A stretch of 63,994 nucleotides of DNA, filler included, from Reticulomyxa filosa (lineage: Eukaryota; Protista; Foraminifera): NCBI GenBank assembly GCA_000512085.1. It is 20 parts of 20 records of this genome, joined end to end, with 100 filler letters (N's around TTAATTAATTAA, not from the genome) between each part and the next. Parts side by side here need not be neighbours in the genome. Positions count along the whole stretch, not along the records: positions 36,770 to 42,639 come from ASPP01007343.1; positions 42,740 to 44,052 come from ASPP01024656.1; positions 44,153 to 46,673 come from ASPP01014321.1; positions 46,774 to 48,495 come from ASPP01040151.1; positions 48,596 to 49,683 come from ASPP01034773.1; positions 49,784 to 53,190 come from ASPP01005059.1; 14 more parts are not named here. One strand, given 5' to 3'. Shown piece by piece: positions 39,988 through 53,290 of this stretch. Each line of letters starts with the position of its first letter. Position 1 is the first letter of the stretch. The translations under genes were made by a program, and so were the position numbers. The notes under the pieces were generated by a model. That model was given only the letters and a program-made list of their open reading frames with translations, made no database searches and had not been told where the DNA came from.

Positions 39988-40482
39988 CTTCTTTGTTTGT
40001 GCTGGCAGTTGTTACTTTTTTTAACAAAGGTTAAATAATATCATTTCTTTGCATCATACGAGGCAGTATATTCATTGTGCAAAATCAATCAAAGCAATTT
40101 CCCTAATATCATATTAACCAACAAACTATCTCAAGTAAGATATTTTCTAATTAATGAACTGGATTTGATCTTAAAAAGGAGATTAGAGATACAATTATGA
40201 ATAATGGGACAATTTTACTCAAAAGTATGTATTTTTTCATCCTAATTTTAATTGTTTCAAGGCTGGTTTTAGAGGCGATCTTTTCATAGTCTGGTGTTTA
40301 TCATTTAATTTTTTTTTATTACATATTCGTCCATTCGCAAACATTATAAAATTATGTTACCAAATTTTGTATTTCAACAAAAAAACGATTCGAGATCCAT
40401 CAAAAACAAATAGAAAATCATAGTGTAATTTTGATTTTGAAAAAATGGACAAAAAGCGAATGGTATTCAAAAACTTAATAAA

Positions 40483-42036
40483 TCATAAACGTGAACGAGT
40501 ATCAGAATATGGCCCAACTTTGACCTCTGTTATTCTCGCTCCGTCACCAATTTTGGTAAGAATAGCCTGTTTGACTCCCTTACCAACTTTATTGAACGAA
40601 CGGTCAAATTTAATTTTTTCATTTTCTGTTAATAAAGAAAATTGTTTGTCTTCTAAGCATTCATCTCTTAGCTTCAAAGGATCAAAGACAAATGACTTGT
40701 CAGCACTGGAGGTTTTATCAAAAGTTTGTTCAAGTAATCGAACAATAAAATTGAGGAATTTGGGATGTCGAATTAGAAGAATAGCATTAGAACCAGCATC
40801 AAAAGTGTATCCACACACGTGTTTGAAATTGTCTTCATTGCGAGCTGCGTAGATTTCATTAATAAAATGGACGAAATCAATGATTGAAAAAGAGATATCA
40901 TTTAAATAATGGATTGGTGGCCAACTGTCCAAGCAAACACTGTGAAATTGGTTGCTATCCTTCATCATCACTTCACTTAGCAAATCAAAATTTTTCTCTT
41001 CAATTGCTCGTTTGCAGAGATCATTAGTATGTTTCATATGGCGCAATCGATCTTTCATCAACTGAGATGTTCGCTGTTTTGTTTTTTTTGGAAACGAAAA
41101 TCATAAATTTTTAAAAAAATCTCTCATATATTTTTCTTTTCTTTGAGGTGCATATACGTTAACTGCAGTAATTTGCATTCCTTTACTGCTACTGACACTT
41201 TTGGTTTGGTCGCTGACAACCAAAATAATGACTCTCAGATCTGGCCACCATTTTTCATCCTTAACTTGTCTTGCAACACTCAATTGATGGATGTTCACAT
41301 TTTTACTTGCGTGGCTACTCTTTGTGGTTTGCTTGTGATCGTTTCCTGTTGTGGCCTCGGAGCGATGTGGATTTTGTGATGCTTCATATTCTTGGCTATT
41401 CCCTTCGTTTCTACGTGTATCTTCAACATTTACGCGATTCTCATTGTTCTCATTCTTTGACTCATCAATTGACTTGTCGTTATTATTTATGTTGGCATAC
41501 CAGCGCACAAATCCACCATACAAACTCCTTGTTGAAGAACCCGATCCGACTCTTGACAATGCACTTATGTCGTCACCCATGCTATCTTTATCCATTCCAT
41601 GTATTTTACACAAAGCATATGTCAATGCTGCAAATCCTGATGCTGACGATGCTAAACCTGCGGCTGTTGGAAAATTATTGGCTGAGCGGATTTGAAAATA
41701 CCGAAAATTTCTGGCGGGGGTCTCATCTTTATTCTTTTTGTTGCCTTGTGATGTTACATAATGATGTTGGACATATCGAATTACATTGACCATGCGCTGA
41801 CTCAATTCAATCTCTTTTCCGTTCAGCCACATTTCATGTCTTTTAAAACTCGGACTTGCAGTAATAGTGGTTGTTGTCCTTAACACTCCTGGGTCAAGTG
41901 TCATGCTTATACTGTCGTTCAAAGGAACATTAAGGTCCAACGGGTATTGCTCGTCTTTTCCCCAGTATTTCGTGAGCGCTATGTTAATGGGCGCTTCACA
42001 TGTCACAGTTATGACTTGAGATGAGAATGCAGACAT
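40483..42036 (-). CDS. MVD: Diphosphomevalonate decarboxylase (2 exons), C-terminal SRL
   Basis: APINIALTKYWGK, PLNDSISMTL, NNFPTAAGLASSASGFAAL, SRVGSGSSTRSLYGGF, VSSSKGM, MKDSNQFHSVCLDSWPPIHY, YTFDAGSNA; ends DTRSRL*. Confidence 0.97.
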
Positions 42037-42418
42037 CCTTTATTATGTGGAGTTTGCTGTATCTGGTTGTGCCTTGTTTTGTTTTCCTTGAAACTCTGCC
42101 TCAAAACTTTAGACGTTTACAATTAAGAAAAAGTGAACCCGCAAAAATATTGTACTTTTGAAAGTACAGGAAAAATATACTTTAATTCCATGAAACACGT
42201 GAACAAATTTGTAAAAGTTTATATTTGAAAGGAGACATTTAGCCTTCGCAAAATTTTTTTAAAAAATTTTAAAGATGCTGCAAAATGCGGCTAATATTTT
42301 TGATTCTATCTTTTAGATTTAAAAACTAGAATTAAATCTAGTTTTGAAAGGCTCAAATCAAAAAGAAAAATCATTCGTATTTGTTATATTGAGTTAAAAA
42401 TGACGAAATAAATGGAGT

Positions 42419-42590
42419 ATGAAAAAGAAAAAAAGAGAAAAGAAGTGGATTGAAAAAATGGAAGGATTAAAAAATGAAGATACAATTGAAGAAATTGGAA
42501 AAATTCGTCAAAGTTATCGATTAAATCAAGCACAAATATTAATGAATATGAGTTCAGATGTTGCAGATATAATAATAAATAATAAAAATG
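42419..42590 (+). CDS. Short 5' fragment of a hypothetical protein
   Basis: K/E-rich frame running into a TA-rich intron-like tract and the contig end. Confidence 0.3.
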
Positions 42591-42827
42591 TTAAATATAA
42601 TATATACATATATGTATATATAATATATATAATATATATNNNNNNNNNNNNNNNNNNNNNNNNNNNNNNNNNNNNNNNNNNNNTTAATTAATTAANNNNN
42701 NNNNNNNNNNNNNNNNNNNNNNNNNNNNNNNNNNNNNNNGAAAAAGGGACTCCAGTACCAAGCCAACTCTATCCACAAGTTATATACATGTATATGTATA
42801 TACAAACGACCCTCCAAAGTCTTTATG

Positions 42828-43250
42828 TGAGTGAGAAGATGCCACATCAAAAGTCGTTGCTGACGTTCTTGGCACGCTCAAATAATAATAAAAAACCCCG
42901 GGAACTACGATATCTCCGGTCAACCGCCACAATAGTAACAGCAATGTGAACGCAAGCAACGCACACGCGAATAATGGGAACAGTACACAGCGTGGGCGTC
43001 GTCGACGACATGACAAGCGCGACGACAGACACCACGATGTCGACGTCGAAGAAAGATTCCATTGTGGCCTGATGGTTAATACTTTCTACTGCTATGAGCG
43101 TGATCAAGACAAGGTCAAAGTGTCAAGTGCGGCCAACTCCAATGCTGCTGCTAGTAGTGGTGGTGGAGGAAATGCAAAGTATGTCGCTCACAGCAATGCT
43201 AATGAGCCTTTGTCCTTTGATTGTATCACAGGAAAGCAGCCTAATCAGTT
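42828..43250 (+). CDS. Low-complexity coding fragment, unknown product
   Basis: GC-richer exon-like stretch (RGRRRRHDKRDDRHH..FHCGLMVNTFYCY) between TA-rich tracts. Confidence 0.35.
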
Positions 43251-44170
43251 AGTCAAGAAAGCAATTTCATTTTTTTTATCGTATATGTGTGTGTACGTAT
43301 TACTCTGTATCTCTTTACATGCAATAAAGTTAAATAATTTAAACAATGATGTTTATCATAAATTGAAAAAAGAACAGTTTCCACTCACAAACAAAAATGC
43401 ACCAACACAAAAGCAGAAATATGCAATATCATTAAACAAGCGACAGCAAACTTGCAAATGCCAGCTTTTTTTGTTTGGCTGGAGCATTAAGATAATTTTC
43501 TATTATCGTATACTGGACATGTAGACTGAAGATATGATGCAAGGTTACCGTCATAATCGTTGTGTTATAAGTAGATCTAAAAATATGTAAATATAATTAT
43601 GTATATATTTTGATATCCAAGTACTAGGAGTTGTCGTAGCGCACGTGTTGCAAGGATCTGCAGTTGTAGTGATTCATCGACATTTCCTCAGCCGTGTCTG
43701 TAAACATAGACTGCAAAAACGCATTGCCCAGTTAGATCAATTACCAGACACAACTTGACACAAGTACACTGCTGTATCGACTATCTTTGCGAGTGTCTTG
43801 CATGTTCGAATGAGACCAATGCCGGTTGCGATCATAGATGGAGGTTAGTCATCAGTCGTGTCAATTCCATCACCGATGTTCCAATGGCTTTGTTTCCAAA
43901 AGACATTGAGTTTAATAGTAGCATCGTCGTCTTTGGCTGTGTCTTGGTTGCAGTCGCGATTGCGTCTGTAGTCACTGTCGTTTTCATAGGGGTCTTTTTA
44001 TTGGAGAGCCTATCTACGTGACTTTGCTTGTTGCAAAATTTGCCTTGTTTGGNNNNNNNNNNNNNNNNNNNNNNNNNNNNNNNNNNNNNNNNNNNNTTAA
44101 TTAATTAANNNNNNNNNNNNNNNNNNNNNNNNNNNNNNNNNNNNNNNNNNNNTATATATATATTAAAAAG

Positions 44171-44712
44171 GATGGGCTCTTGGTGAAGCGTCACATCGCG
44201 CATACACGACATGGGAAGTGCTGACAAAAATGGCGGATTGTACCGATTACAAAACGAATGCGTACTTATTAGGAGTGGTCTATTTCATTACAGTGATGCT
44301 AATGCCCATTTGCACCATTGTCGTTTGCATATTGCTATGGTGGCTACCGACCAATTACTTTTTCCATAACGTCCTTTCACAATTTCTGCTGCCGTGTATG
44401 GCCTGGTCCGCTATGGACGTCTTCACCGTGGCATGCATGGCAGCTGCAGCCGAGTTGAGTCGTGTCAGCCAATGGATCATCAACCAAAACTTTCCAGAGT
44501 CGTGCGGCTCCGACGGCTTTGTTGTCAAGTTGACACAACAGCAATGCTTCAGTGTGCAAGGCACTGTCACATGGGGGTGCATTCTTGTCGGCGGCAGTAG
44601 CGTATGTCTATGGCAAGTTCTCTCTTATACTGTCATTCAACGCAATCGAGCACAAAGAGAAGTCGAAAACATCTTTCCTCTCAAGCACAGATCTTTGGCT
44701 TGGAAAATTTGA
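44171..44712 (+). CDS. PqiA-like (paraquat-inducible protein A domain) membrane protein, last exon
   Basis: Hydrophobic helices FITVMLMP..LWWLP, signature AWSAMDVFTVA (compare PqiA WSM.DVF), a Cys-containing loop and a final TM segment. Confidence 0.72.
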
Positions 44713-44956
44713 ATTTTTAACTTTTCCATGTCTATTTTGCTTTTTTTTTTTTCTCTCTCATTCCTTCTTTTCGGGGCTCGTTGCTGTCTTCACAAATTTA
44801 AAAAAAAAAAATGCACGTACATTACTACGTGACATTTTTGTTGTTTATTTGTTGGCTTGTAAGGATTGTTCTAACAATCAAACTCCATTCATAGCAAGGC
44901 TTTAATTTCAAAATAAATAAAATAAAATACACTGTGAAAAAATAAGTATTTAACCC

Positions 44957-46560
44957 ATGGCTTGCGCATTTCCATCAAAGTTCATCTTCTTTTACTTCGA
45001 AACGGAGGGGGTTTTTTGTAACGAAACTCCTGGTTCAGATTAGACGTCGACACCAAAGAGTATCACCTACTTGCTGTCGATCAAGCCCTGTGTATTAATA
45101 CTCCAATGAGTAACGCCACAAAAAAGTTATTTTTTTTTCTTTTTCTATTACAACTTCGGAAGAATAATCGAACAACTCTTCAATTTAAAAAATCCAGGAA
45201 AGGAGTTGCTGTGCATAAAGAAACAAAAAGTGTTAATAATGATAGTTGTTCGTGGTCCGACAAAACCAATGTTAAGACAAAGGGGGAGAAGGTGGGGAGG
45301 GGATAAAAAAAAAATGGTTGCATAAGATATGTGTTTTTCTTGTTCTTCCGATCCTTTTACAATACTTAAAAACATATCTCACCATCGTACAGTGCAACAA
45401 AGTGGGCATGATTGACAACGATTTTAAGAACGACGTATACAAATATGTCTCGCTTGGTCCCATTGTTTTAAAGGTTACTTACTATGCTTGCACCAAAAAC
45501 AACTGCAAAAAAAAAAAAAAAAGCACTTTTTCTTCGGAATTTTTTTTGAAGTTTTGTTGTTGACATTTGGATTACTTCTCATAGTTGGTTCAAATGTTTT
45601 GTTTTTTTTTTTCTTAAAATACAACCTTTTTTTTTTTTTTTTTATGTATTATGTTGTTGTCCATGACTGTCTCTTGGTTTTTTTTGTAAGCAAAAAAAAA
45701 AAAAATGCAATTGTAATGTTTGTTTTGATTTGCAGCAGAAAGAAGTGTTGAAATTGATGTGGTGTATAATCAATTCACTTGAGTTTGAAGAGAAACATTT
45801 TGAAGTGTATCAAGTATTGCAAGAAATGGCAAAGAAAAATGGCTGAACAAGTTCGAAACCCCTCTCTCCATGTTATCGCTGTTGAAGATAGAAAAGCTAT
45901 GCTCTGAAATATTTCATTCAAATTCAGTTTTGTTCTGTTTTGCTCGTTGTTTCTTTTCCATCCCTTTCCTTTCCAATAAACGTGCACTCGAACCTGTTCT
46001 TCGCTTACAAAAGGGGAGGGAAAAAAAAATATATGTAATAATACATAAAATTTTTGTACGTACAATTGACAGACATGGGTATTTAATTTTACCCAGCGCT
46101 TTTTGTCAACGTTATTACGCAAAGTTGGTCATCAAGTGTATGATGATCTTGGGAATATTTTGAACAAATGTGGCGTAAGTATGCAGATAGTCGCCAAAAC
46201 GGACGTCATTGAATTGATCCACGCGTTTGACATGGATTTTGACAATGAAGACTTGCTTGAAAATATGACAGTTATGTATATTCGTTTCCGTCCCCTCCTT
46301 TTGTCTTGTAACACCATTGCACCTTGATTGTGTAATGTGTTTGTTCTTTTAAGGATTGGGTAGATGCGTTAGTTGAGATCAATCAAATTGGAACGCAACT
46401 GCACACATTTGTAAAAGATCGTTTGACAGAGTATATTAAAGAAAATAAGCACAATCCAGAGCCTTGGCAAGCGTTGGAACAAAAAACAAAAGAATGGGAA
46501 AATGCTCGGAAAATGGAGATAGTTTGGGAATCAATTCATTGGGGATTTTTTTATTATTGA
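44957..46560 (+). CDS. Multi-exon hypothetical helical protein
   Basis: Short exon-like blocks (LDVDTKEYHLL; MIDNDFKNDVYKY; LMWCIINSLEFEE; FLSTLLRKVGH..DLLENMT; DWVDALVEINQIG) separated by poly-T/A introns. Confidence 0.45.
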
Positions 46561-46789
46561 TTATTATTCTCTTCTATTTTTTCTTATCGTTGTGAAAAGA
46601 AAACTTTTTTTTTTTTTTTGCTGTTGTTGTTTTTTTTGTTGTTGTTCATTATTTATTATGTAAGATTTCGCCGNNNNNNNNNNNNNNNNNNNNNNNNNNN
46701 NNNNNNNNNNNNNNNNNTTAATTAATTAANNNNNNNNNNNNNNNNNNNNNNNNNNNNNNNNNNNNNNNNNNNNATAATAAATGATCTTA

Positions 46790-47945
46790 TCCAACTGCAC
46801 AGAAATTTGACAAATACTTCATCTCAAAAGAATCATTTGTACGGAAATGCCAAGAATTGTTGAGAATGAGACATGTCCACTTAATGCAATTCGCTTCAAT
46901 ATCATCAAAGTCATTATACCATTGAATATAAACATACACTTCTAATGACGACTTCTTTGGGTTTCCAACTTGTAATGCCTCAATTTTAAATTTGTTTTGT
47001 TCTTCTTTTTCATCCTTTTCTTCATTTATTTTGTTTAATAGCATTATTGTTCCATGTTGATAATCAAATGCAATTTCATATTCTTTCCATTTTCCTTTCA
47101 AACGCATAAACACTGTTTTTGGAGCACAACGGTTTGTTTTGTATCTATTTGCAATCAACAACAATACAATAAATATCATTCGATGGATTTTGAAAAATTA
47201 AATGGCAATTGAAATGATAAATACACAACATTAATTGCTCTTTAATACACTTGCAATAATGTTTCCATAACGACAATGGTGGAACGCTGCCACGATAATA
47301 CCAATTTCCATTGATTTTGTTTTGAAGTCCAAATTCTTCCAAATTGTGACGTATTATTTCCAGCACTGAAGCCATTTCTTCGCATTTGTTTTTTAAGTTT
47401 CGAAATAATAAACTATTACTAATTTGTCGATATTTCATCTTTTTGGGATTACTTAAAAGATTCCACAGCACATGCAAACACAATTCCTTTATTATTTTGA
47501 TTTCATTACTTTCCCCAATTCTATGCATATTGCAATTCACAAACAACTCTGTAAAGATTCTCAATATTCAACGCACATTTTCACAAATGCCTAACTTTTT
47601 AGTATTGGCCTTACAAATTTTATTTAATTCGAGCATAGCAAGTAAATATATTTGCCCACGTCTCACCCAATTTTTTAAAATTATCTCTTTGTCGATATAT
47701 ACACTAAAATCTTCCAAGTAATGTTAATAACTTTCTTTGTTGCTCAATAGATGTCCTAACATCATAACACAGTTGTAATCACTGTTATTTAGGAAAAGTG
47801 TTCACACATTGTTTTGTAACTGGTTATCAGTGATAAAGTTAAGAAGCTCATTTGCTTCGTTCAAGTCCTCATTGCAATAATCACAAATCTTCGAAAGTAT
47901 CTCTTTTTCTATCCTCGGAAAAGATTGTGCAAGCTGTGAGAACAT
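46790..47945 (-). CDS. CUE-like + PUB-like + PH-like domain protein, multi-exon, 3' truncated
   Basis: MFSQLAQSFPRIEKEILSKICDYCNEDLNEANELL (CUE-like FP motif); LHVLWNLLSNPKKMKYRQIS..LEEFG (PUB-like); beta-rich GKWKEYEIAFDY..WHFRT..helix. Confidence 0.55.
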
Positions 47946-48595
47946 TTTTAAAAAAAAATTAAAGTAATATATGTCGTACGTACCCTTTTTTTTAAGTGTA
48001 AGCGTTCAATTTTTTTTAACAAAGCGAACACAGTAAAATAACTCCAATCAAAAAAGGTACAACCACTATCTTTTAAAAAAATAAAAATTGGATGGATTGT
48101 AATAATTCTCAATTATTTTTTCACAAGGATAAGTGAAGCATAAAAAACGATGTAAGTAAGAATGAAATTTTTAATTTGGTCTTTTCCATTACGCGTTGCA
48201 TATTTTGAGATATGTAATTACTTTATTTTTTTCGTGTACTTTTCCTCTATCTTTCCTTTTGTAACTTTTCAAACAGCTTTTTTGTCAGTTAGCACATATT
48301 ACACAAACACAAAGCAAGTGAAGAGAATCTTCTTTAAAAATCATCTGCTTTGATTATGGTATCATTCGTTATTAATGCGCGTTCATGTTTGCAAGTTGTG
48401 TTTCGTTTTTCCGTTATAACTTAAAAAAGGTCACCATATACCACAAAAAACCAATAAAGAACATCAACATAAAGGAGTTCATTATTCTGTGGGCANNNNN
48501 NNNNNNNNNNNNNNNNNNNNNNNNNNNNNNNNNNNNNNNTTAATTAATTAANNNNNNNNNNNNNNNNNNNNNNNNNNNNNNNNNNNNNNNNNNNN

Positions 48596-49640
48596 AGCTT
48601 ATGCAATTGTGAAATGTATTGCTTGTCCATATCTTTTGTTGCAAAGTGAAGATTGACAAACATTTCTGTTTTGTTAATACAACACAGTATTTCTTCAGCA
48701 AGGATTGAAACTCCATTTCTGTTTTGACCTTTGCGAAAGTGTCAATGTTTGAACCAATAAATTGTTTCAATTCGGCGCTGATGACATGGTTGTCCATTTT
48801 TAGTAGCATGAGATGCTATTGAAACAAATCCGAGGTGCTAATGCTGGTCATTACAATTTTCGAAGGTGTGATCGCATATTCGTTCTCATGCAACAGCAAT
48901 CCGCTCTATGTCAATTCAGTTTGTAATGTTGGGTGGGGAGGGAGGGGGGGGGGAGAAAGCAAAAGACGACATACCACAGTAATAGACTGGACCGAGTCAA
49001 TGTGGAAATCGTTGCGTTTCTTTTCTTCTTTTTCTTCAATATTAAAATGAGTGATTGATAGATAATGGCTCTTTGGTATTGGTATCAGTAACTGACTTTT
49101 TTAATTTTCTGATGCTTTCGCAGTTGCACTTTCAGTTCCCCCTTCTCATCCTTGTTCCTGCGGCGATGCCCATAATTCATTGTTTCTCTTTGGCCCGGAT
49201 ACACAACAATTTTCTCGCACGAGTGTTCTTTCCCCCACTATCGTTAGGATTGGAAGATTGCCCAGCACTAGCAGTAGACGGCTCATTAGGGCATTTAGTG
49301 TTAGCCACTGTTTGGTCACTACTTTTTGTAGATATGGAGTCATCGCTTTTTTTTGGGGTCGTAACTGCATGCACAGTGTCGCCAGGCGGATGTTTCCACT
49401 TTTGTGATTCCGTGGGCTTTATTAAATAATCTCTTATTTTGCGAGCTTTTTTAAACCCAAAAGAGATACTTGAAGTAGCGTTTTTATTTTCGCTACTGGC
49501 TTGACTATTTTCTTGATCCTCACTTTCATGTTCTGTTGCTTGCCTTTGCTCGGTGCCAGAAGCATTAATAGATAGATCAGACGCAGTTGATTGTCCAAAA
49601 ATGGAATACGCAAAGTTGCGAACAACTTTCATGGCCACAA
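48596..49640 (-). CDS. Internal fragment of a hypothetical protein
   Basis: Co-oriented ORFs 49177-49638 (Ser/Thr/Lys low complexity) and 48596-48809 with intervening exon-like sequence. Confidence 0.4.
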
Positions 49641-49783
49641 TCGCATCAATACAATATTTATTTTGATATTTTTTTTTTTTTTTNNNNNNNNNNNNNNNNN
49701 NNNNNNNNNNNNNNNNNNNNNNNNNNNTTAATTAATTAANNNNNNNNNNNNNNNNNNNNNNNNNNNNNNNNNNNNNNNNNNNN

Positions 49784-51702
49784 AATGACAATGACAATGA
49801 CAATGAAAGTGAAAACGACAGCGAGACAATGCCTGGCAACAATATGAACAGCAAAACGAATACTGGTCTCATCGATAATGAAAATGAACAGCACGCGAAA
49901 AACAGCGAGAGCGGCCGAACCGCTTCGCTGTCTTCATTGTCGCCTAAAACATCGCCAGACATACTGTTGCATGCACATCAAATGAAGCGACTGAGTGAAG
50001 CTTCCGACTTGCAAGAGAAGCAACAGCTGATGGCCGAAAAAATAAAACTCTGCGAACTTTCTTGCGATTTCAATGCCACATCGGTGAACGAAAAGCAAAG
50101 AATCAACAATAAGAAGGAGTTGTTGTTGGAGACTTTGCAGGCGATGAACGGATGCAAATGGAACTCACCGCAACTGCTGGCTGCGTGTTTGTCCACTATT
50201 CAGCGCAACTTATTCCGCGCTTTGCCGGACGAAACTGTTCCCAATGGAAATCAAAACACTGAAGAAGAATTAGAATTCAAAGATCCAGCTTGGTATAATT
50301 TTAACTTATATACATTTTTTTTTTAAAAGTGTTTATTATAAATTTTATTATTATAATTTTTTTTTTTTTTTTTTAAATTAAATAAAATTTTTAAATTAAA
50401 TAAAATTAAATTTAAAAAAAAAAAAAAAAAGGGAGCATTTGCAATTGATTTATGAACTCACTTTCCACGTTGTGACAAATACCAGTGTCGACAAACGGAC
50501 AATGAAAAAACACTTGCAAGGCCAGTTCTTGCAACGGCTGACACTGCTGTTTGGGTCTCCAGATGGACGTGAACCACAGTATGTGAAGATTATTTTGCAC
50601 GCCATTTATGGTCGCTTCATGGCGCTGCGCAAGGCGATTCGAAAGCATTTGTGCAATTATTGCTACAAGTACATCTATGAAAGCATCCAAGACAAGGAAA
50701 CGTGGCAAGGCTTGCCCGAAATTTTGGAAATCTTTTGCAGCATCTTCCAAGGGTTAAACGTCCCTGTCAAAGCCGATTATCGCTTGCTCATCAAAAACGT
50801 TATCATCCCATTGCACAAAACGTTTCATTTAGACGAGTTCCATGATCAATTGGTGGCCTGTTGCACACAATTTGCAATGAAAGATATTCAATCTGTTCCT
50901 GTTATTTTAGGTGGTATTCTTAAAGTTGATTTTCAATAAACTTTACACGTTTACACACATATGTAACATTTTGATAACTTGACTTAAAAAATTATTATTT
51001 GATACAATCACAATCTTCTATAAATAAATACACAAAATATAAAGTATTGGCCAAAATTTAATCCGGGAAAAGAACAAATGTTTATTCAGGAAATTGTTCA
51101 TATTATTACCATTTGCAGCAGAGATCCTAAGTTTATAACTTTGCCAGACTTTATTGCTATTATTGTAAGTTGTTTTTCCTCATATATGTGTACATATATA
51201 TATATATGTAAATACGTATTTTGTCCATTTTCTTCCTCCTTTTCTTGCTTACGTATACGTTGTCACGTGCATCACATAACCACAAATAAACAATACACAA
51301 TGAAAATTATATCCATAAAAGCCAGCAATTTTGGACCAATTTCTTCAATGCATGAAATCATTGCATCATCAAGTGGCAGAGCGTGCTTTGTCGGCATGGC
51401 GTGAAGAGTCAATCTACGCATTAGTTGACGTGAAAAAAGAGGAGATATGGCCGAAAGCCATTCGAATGCTCCGACATAACACGGAGCATTATTGGCAAAC
51501 AACCATCCAACATTTGAGCAAACAACTTCTGAATGATTTTCAAGGCAGAGATCCCGAGTTCTTTGATAAGATAGTCGAAGGTGTATCTGACAACTTGCCA
51601 CGAAATGAAGAGAAGATGATGACAGATACTTCCAACGAAACAGGCCAACAGGACGATAATAACGACGATAATACATTCATTCACTTCAAACCAATGTACT
51701 AA
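49784..51702 (+). CDS. PP2A regulatory subunit B' (B56), 4 exons
   Basis: KIKLCELSCDF, NLFRALP, DPAW|EHLQLIYE, FGSPDGREPQYVKIILHAIYGRF..RKAIR, EILEIFCSIFQG, IIPLHK, YWPKFNPGKEQMF, SLHHQVAERAL. Confidence 0.95.
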
Positions 51703-53290
51703 GCCCAAAGACAATCACACATGATACACAAGAAAAAAGACTACAAAATTGGGAGATTGTCCGAAACATGGCAAATCAATTGTCCAAATAGTTATACATT
51801 TTTTGAACACTTTATTTTTATTTTTATTTTTATTTTTCTCTCCCTCTCTGTTATTTCTTTGTGTACTGTGGATCTATCATTGTTTAGATTTCTAAGATTA
51901 AAAATTAATAATAAAACAGAATAAAAACAAAACAAGACATATTCTATTTGCTCCTTATCATCTATTGTATTCTTGTGTTTTGTATTTATTCTCCATTCAT
52001 TTGATAGTGATTTCTTGGTTTTATTTCAAATTCAATAAAATTTGGACTTTGGGGATTTTTTTTAATATTTGTGAAACTGTGTACTTCGCATTCTTTTCGT
52101 TTTGTGTTTTTTTTGGGTATGGCTTTTCTTCTGTTTTCTTTCTTTATGGGGTTTTTCTTTTTTTAAGCTCAAGATTGTGGACAATTTTTTCCTTTTTTTT
52201 GCTTGCAAATTAAAATCACTTTTAATTGCACTTTTCAAAAAAAAAATGAAATTTTCATGAGCAATTTTTTGTTTTTTTTGTTTTGTCTTTTATTATTAAT
52301 TTTTTTTTGCATTTAATTGACGGGGATCAACTTCTAGTCAGTTGTTTTTTTCTTCCCCCTCTTATTTTTTCAACTGGCCTTTTTCTCCTTTTGAGATTTT
52401 TTATTGAAAAATGTTTGCAAAAAAAAACATTCAAATCAACATGAGAAGATTAAAAATATTGTGATTCAAAAGAGGAATATTGGACAGTGATCTTTTTTTT
52501 TTTGGTATGGATAAAAAAAAACAAATCAAAAAAATATTATATCGCCTGCCTTCAAAACAAAAAAAAGAGCCAAAGATCTGACACCAAAAAATCAATTTAA
52601 TTCCATCTTGTACCAAATTATGCGAATGTTTTCGTATACAATATTTTCAATTCAATAATTCAATTTAATATTTAGAGAAAGCAAACCATCAGCAGTCAAA
52701 CAGGAAGAGAAGAAAAACTTTCCAAAATTTTAGAAACAAAAAAGTAAATGGAAAAAAACATCAATGCGCATGTTCTACATCATCTACACTTTATGATTCT
52801 ATCTTGTTGCATCGTCACCATCTGTGCCAATGTTTATACATTGTTCTGCTCATGTCAGCAACAATTTTGATGCTGGAAAAGAGATAAAATTTATGCACTT
52901 CTTTGGCTATTTTGTTTTATATTAATCAATGTGATGTTGGTATGCATATATATAAAAAAAAAAAAAGAAAATAAAGAGTATATATATAACACATATTACT
53001 TAACATCAAATCTCAGCACTTTGATATTAATATTACCCAGCAATTGACATAAAGCATTGTTCACTATTTACAATTTATATAAATAGTTGGACATTGCTTG
53101 TTTCACTTGTGCATATCGAGTCGTATTTAATCCTACTAAAGATGCGACGAACATACAATACTTTCTTGTGATAATTTATAGATTCCTTGANNNNNNNNNN
53201 NNNNNNNNNNNNNNNNNNNNNNNNNNNNNNNNNNTTAATTAATTAANNNNNNNNNNNNNNNNNNNNNNNNNNNNNNNNNNNNNNNNNNNN

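Noticed and set aside
43540-44052. GC-richer stretch that might be a minus-strand gene end
   Set aside because: All frames are interrupted and no motif is recognisable; strand and frame cannot be decided.
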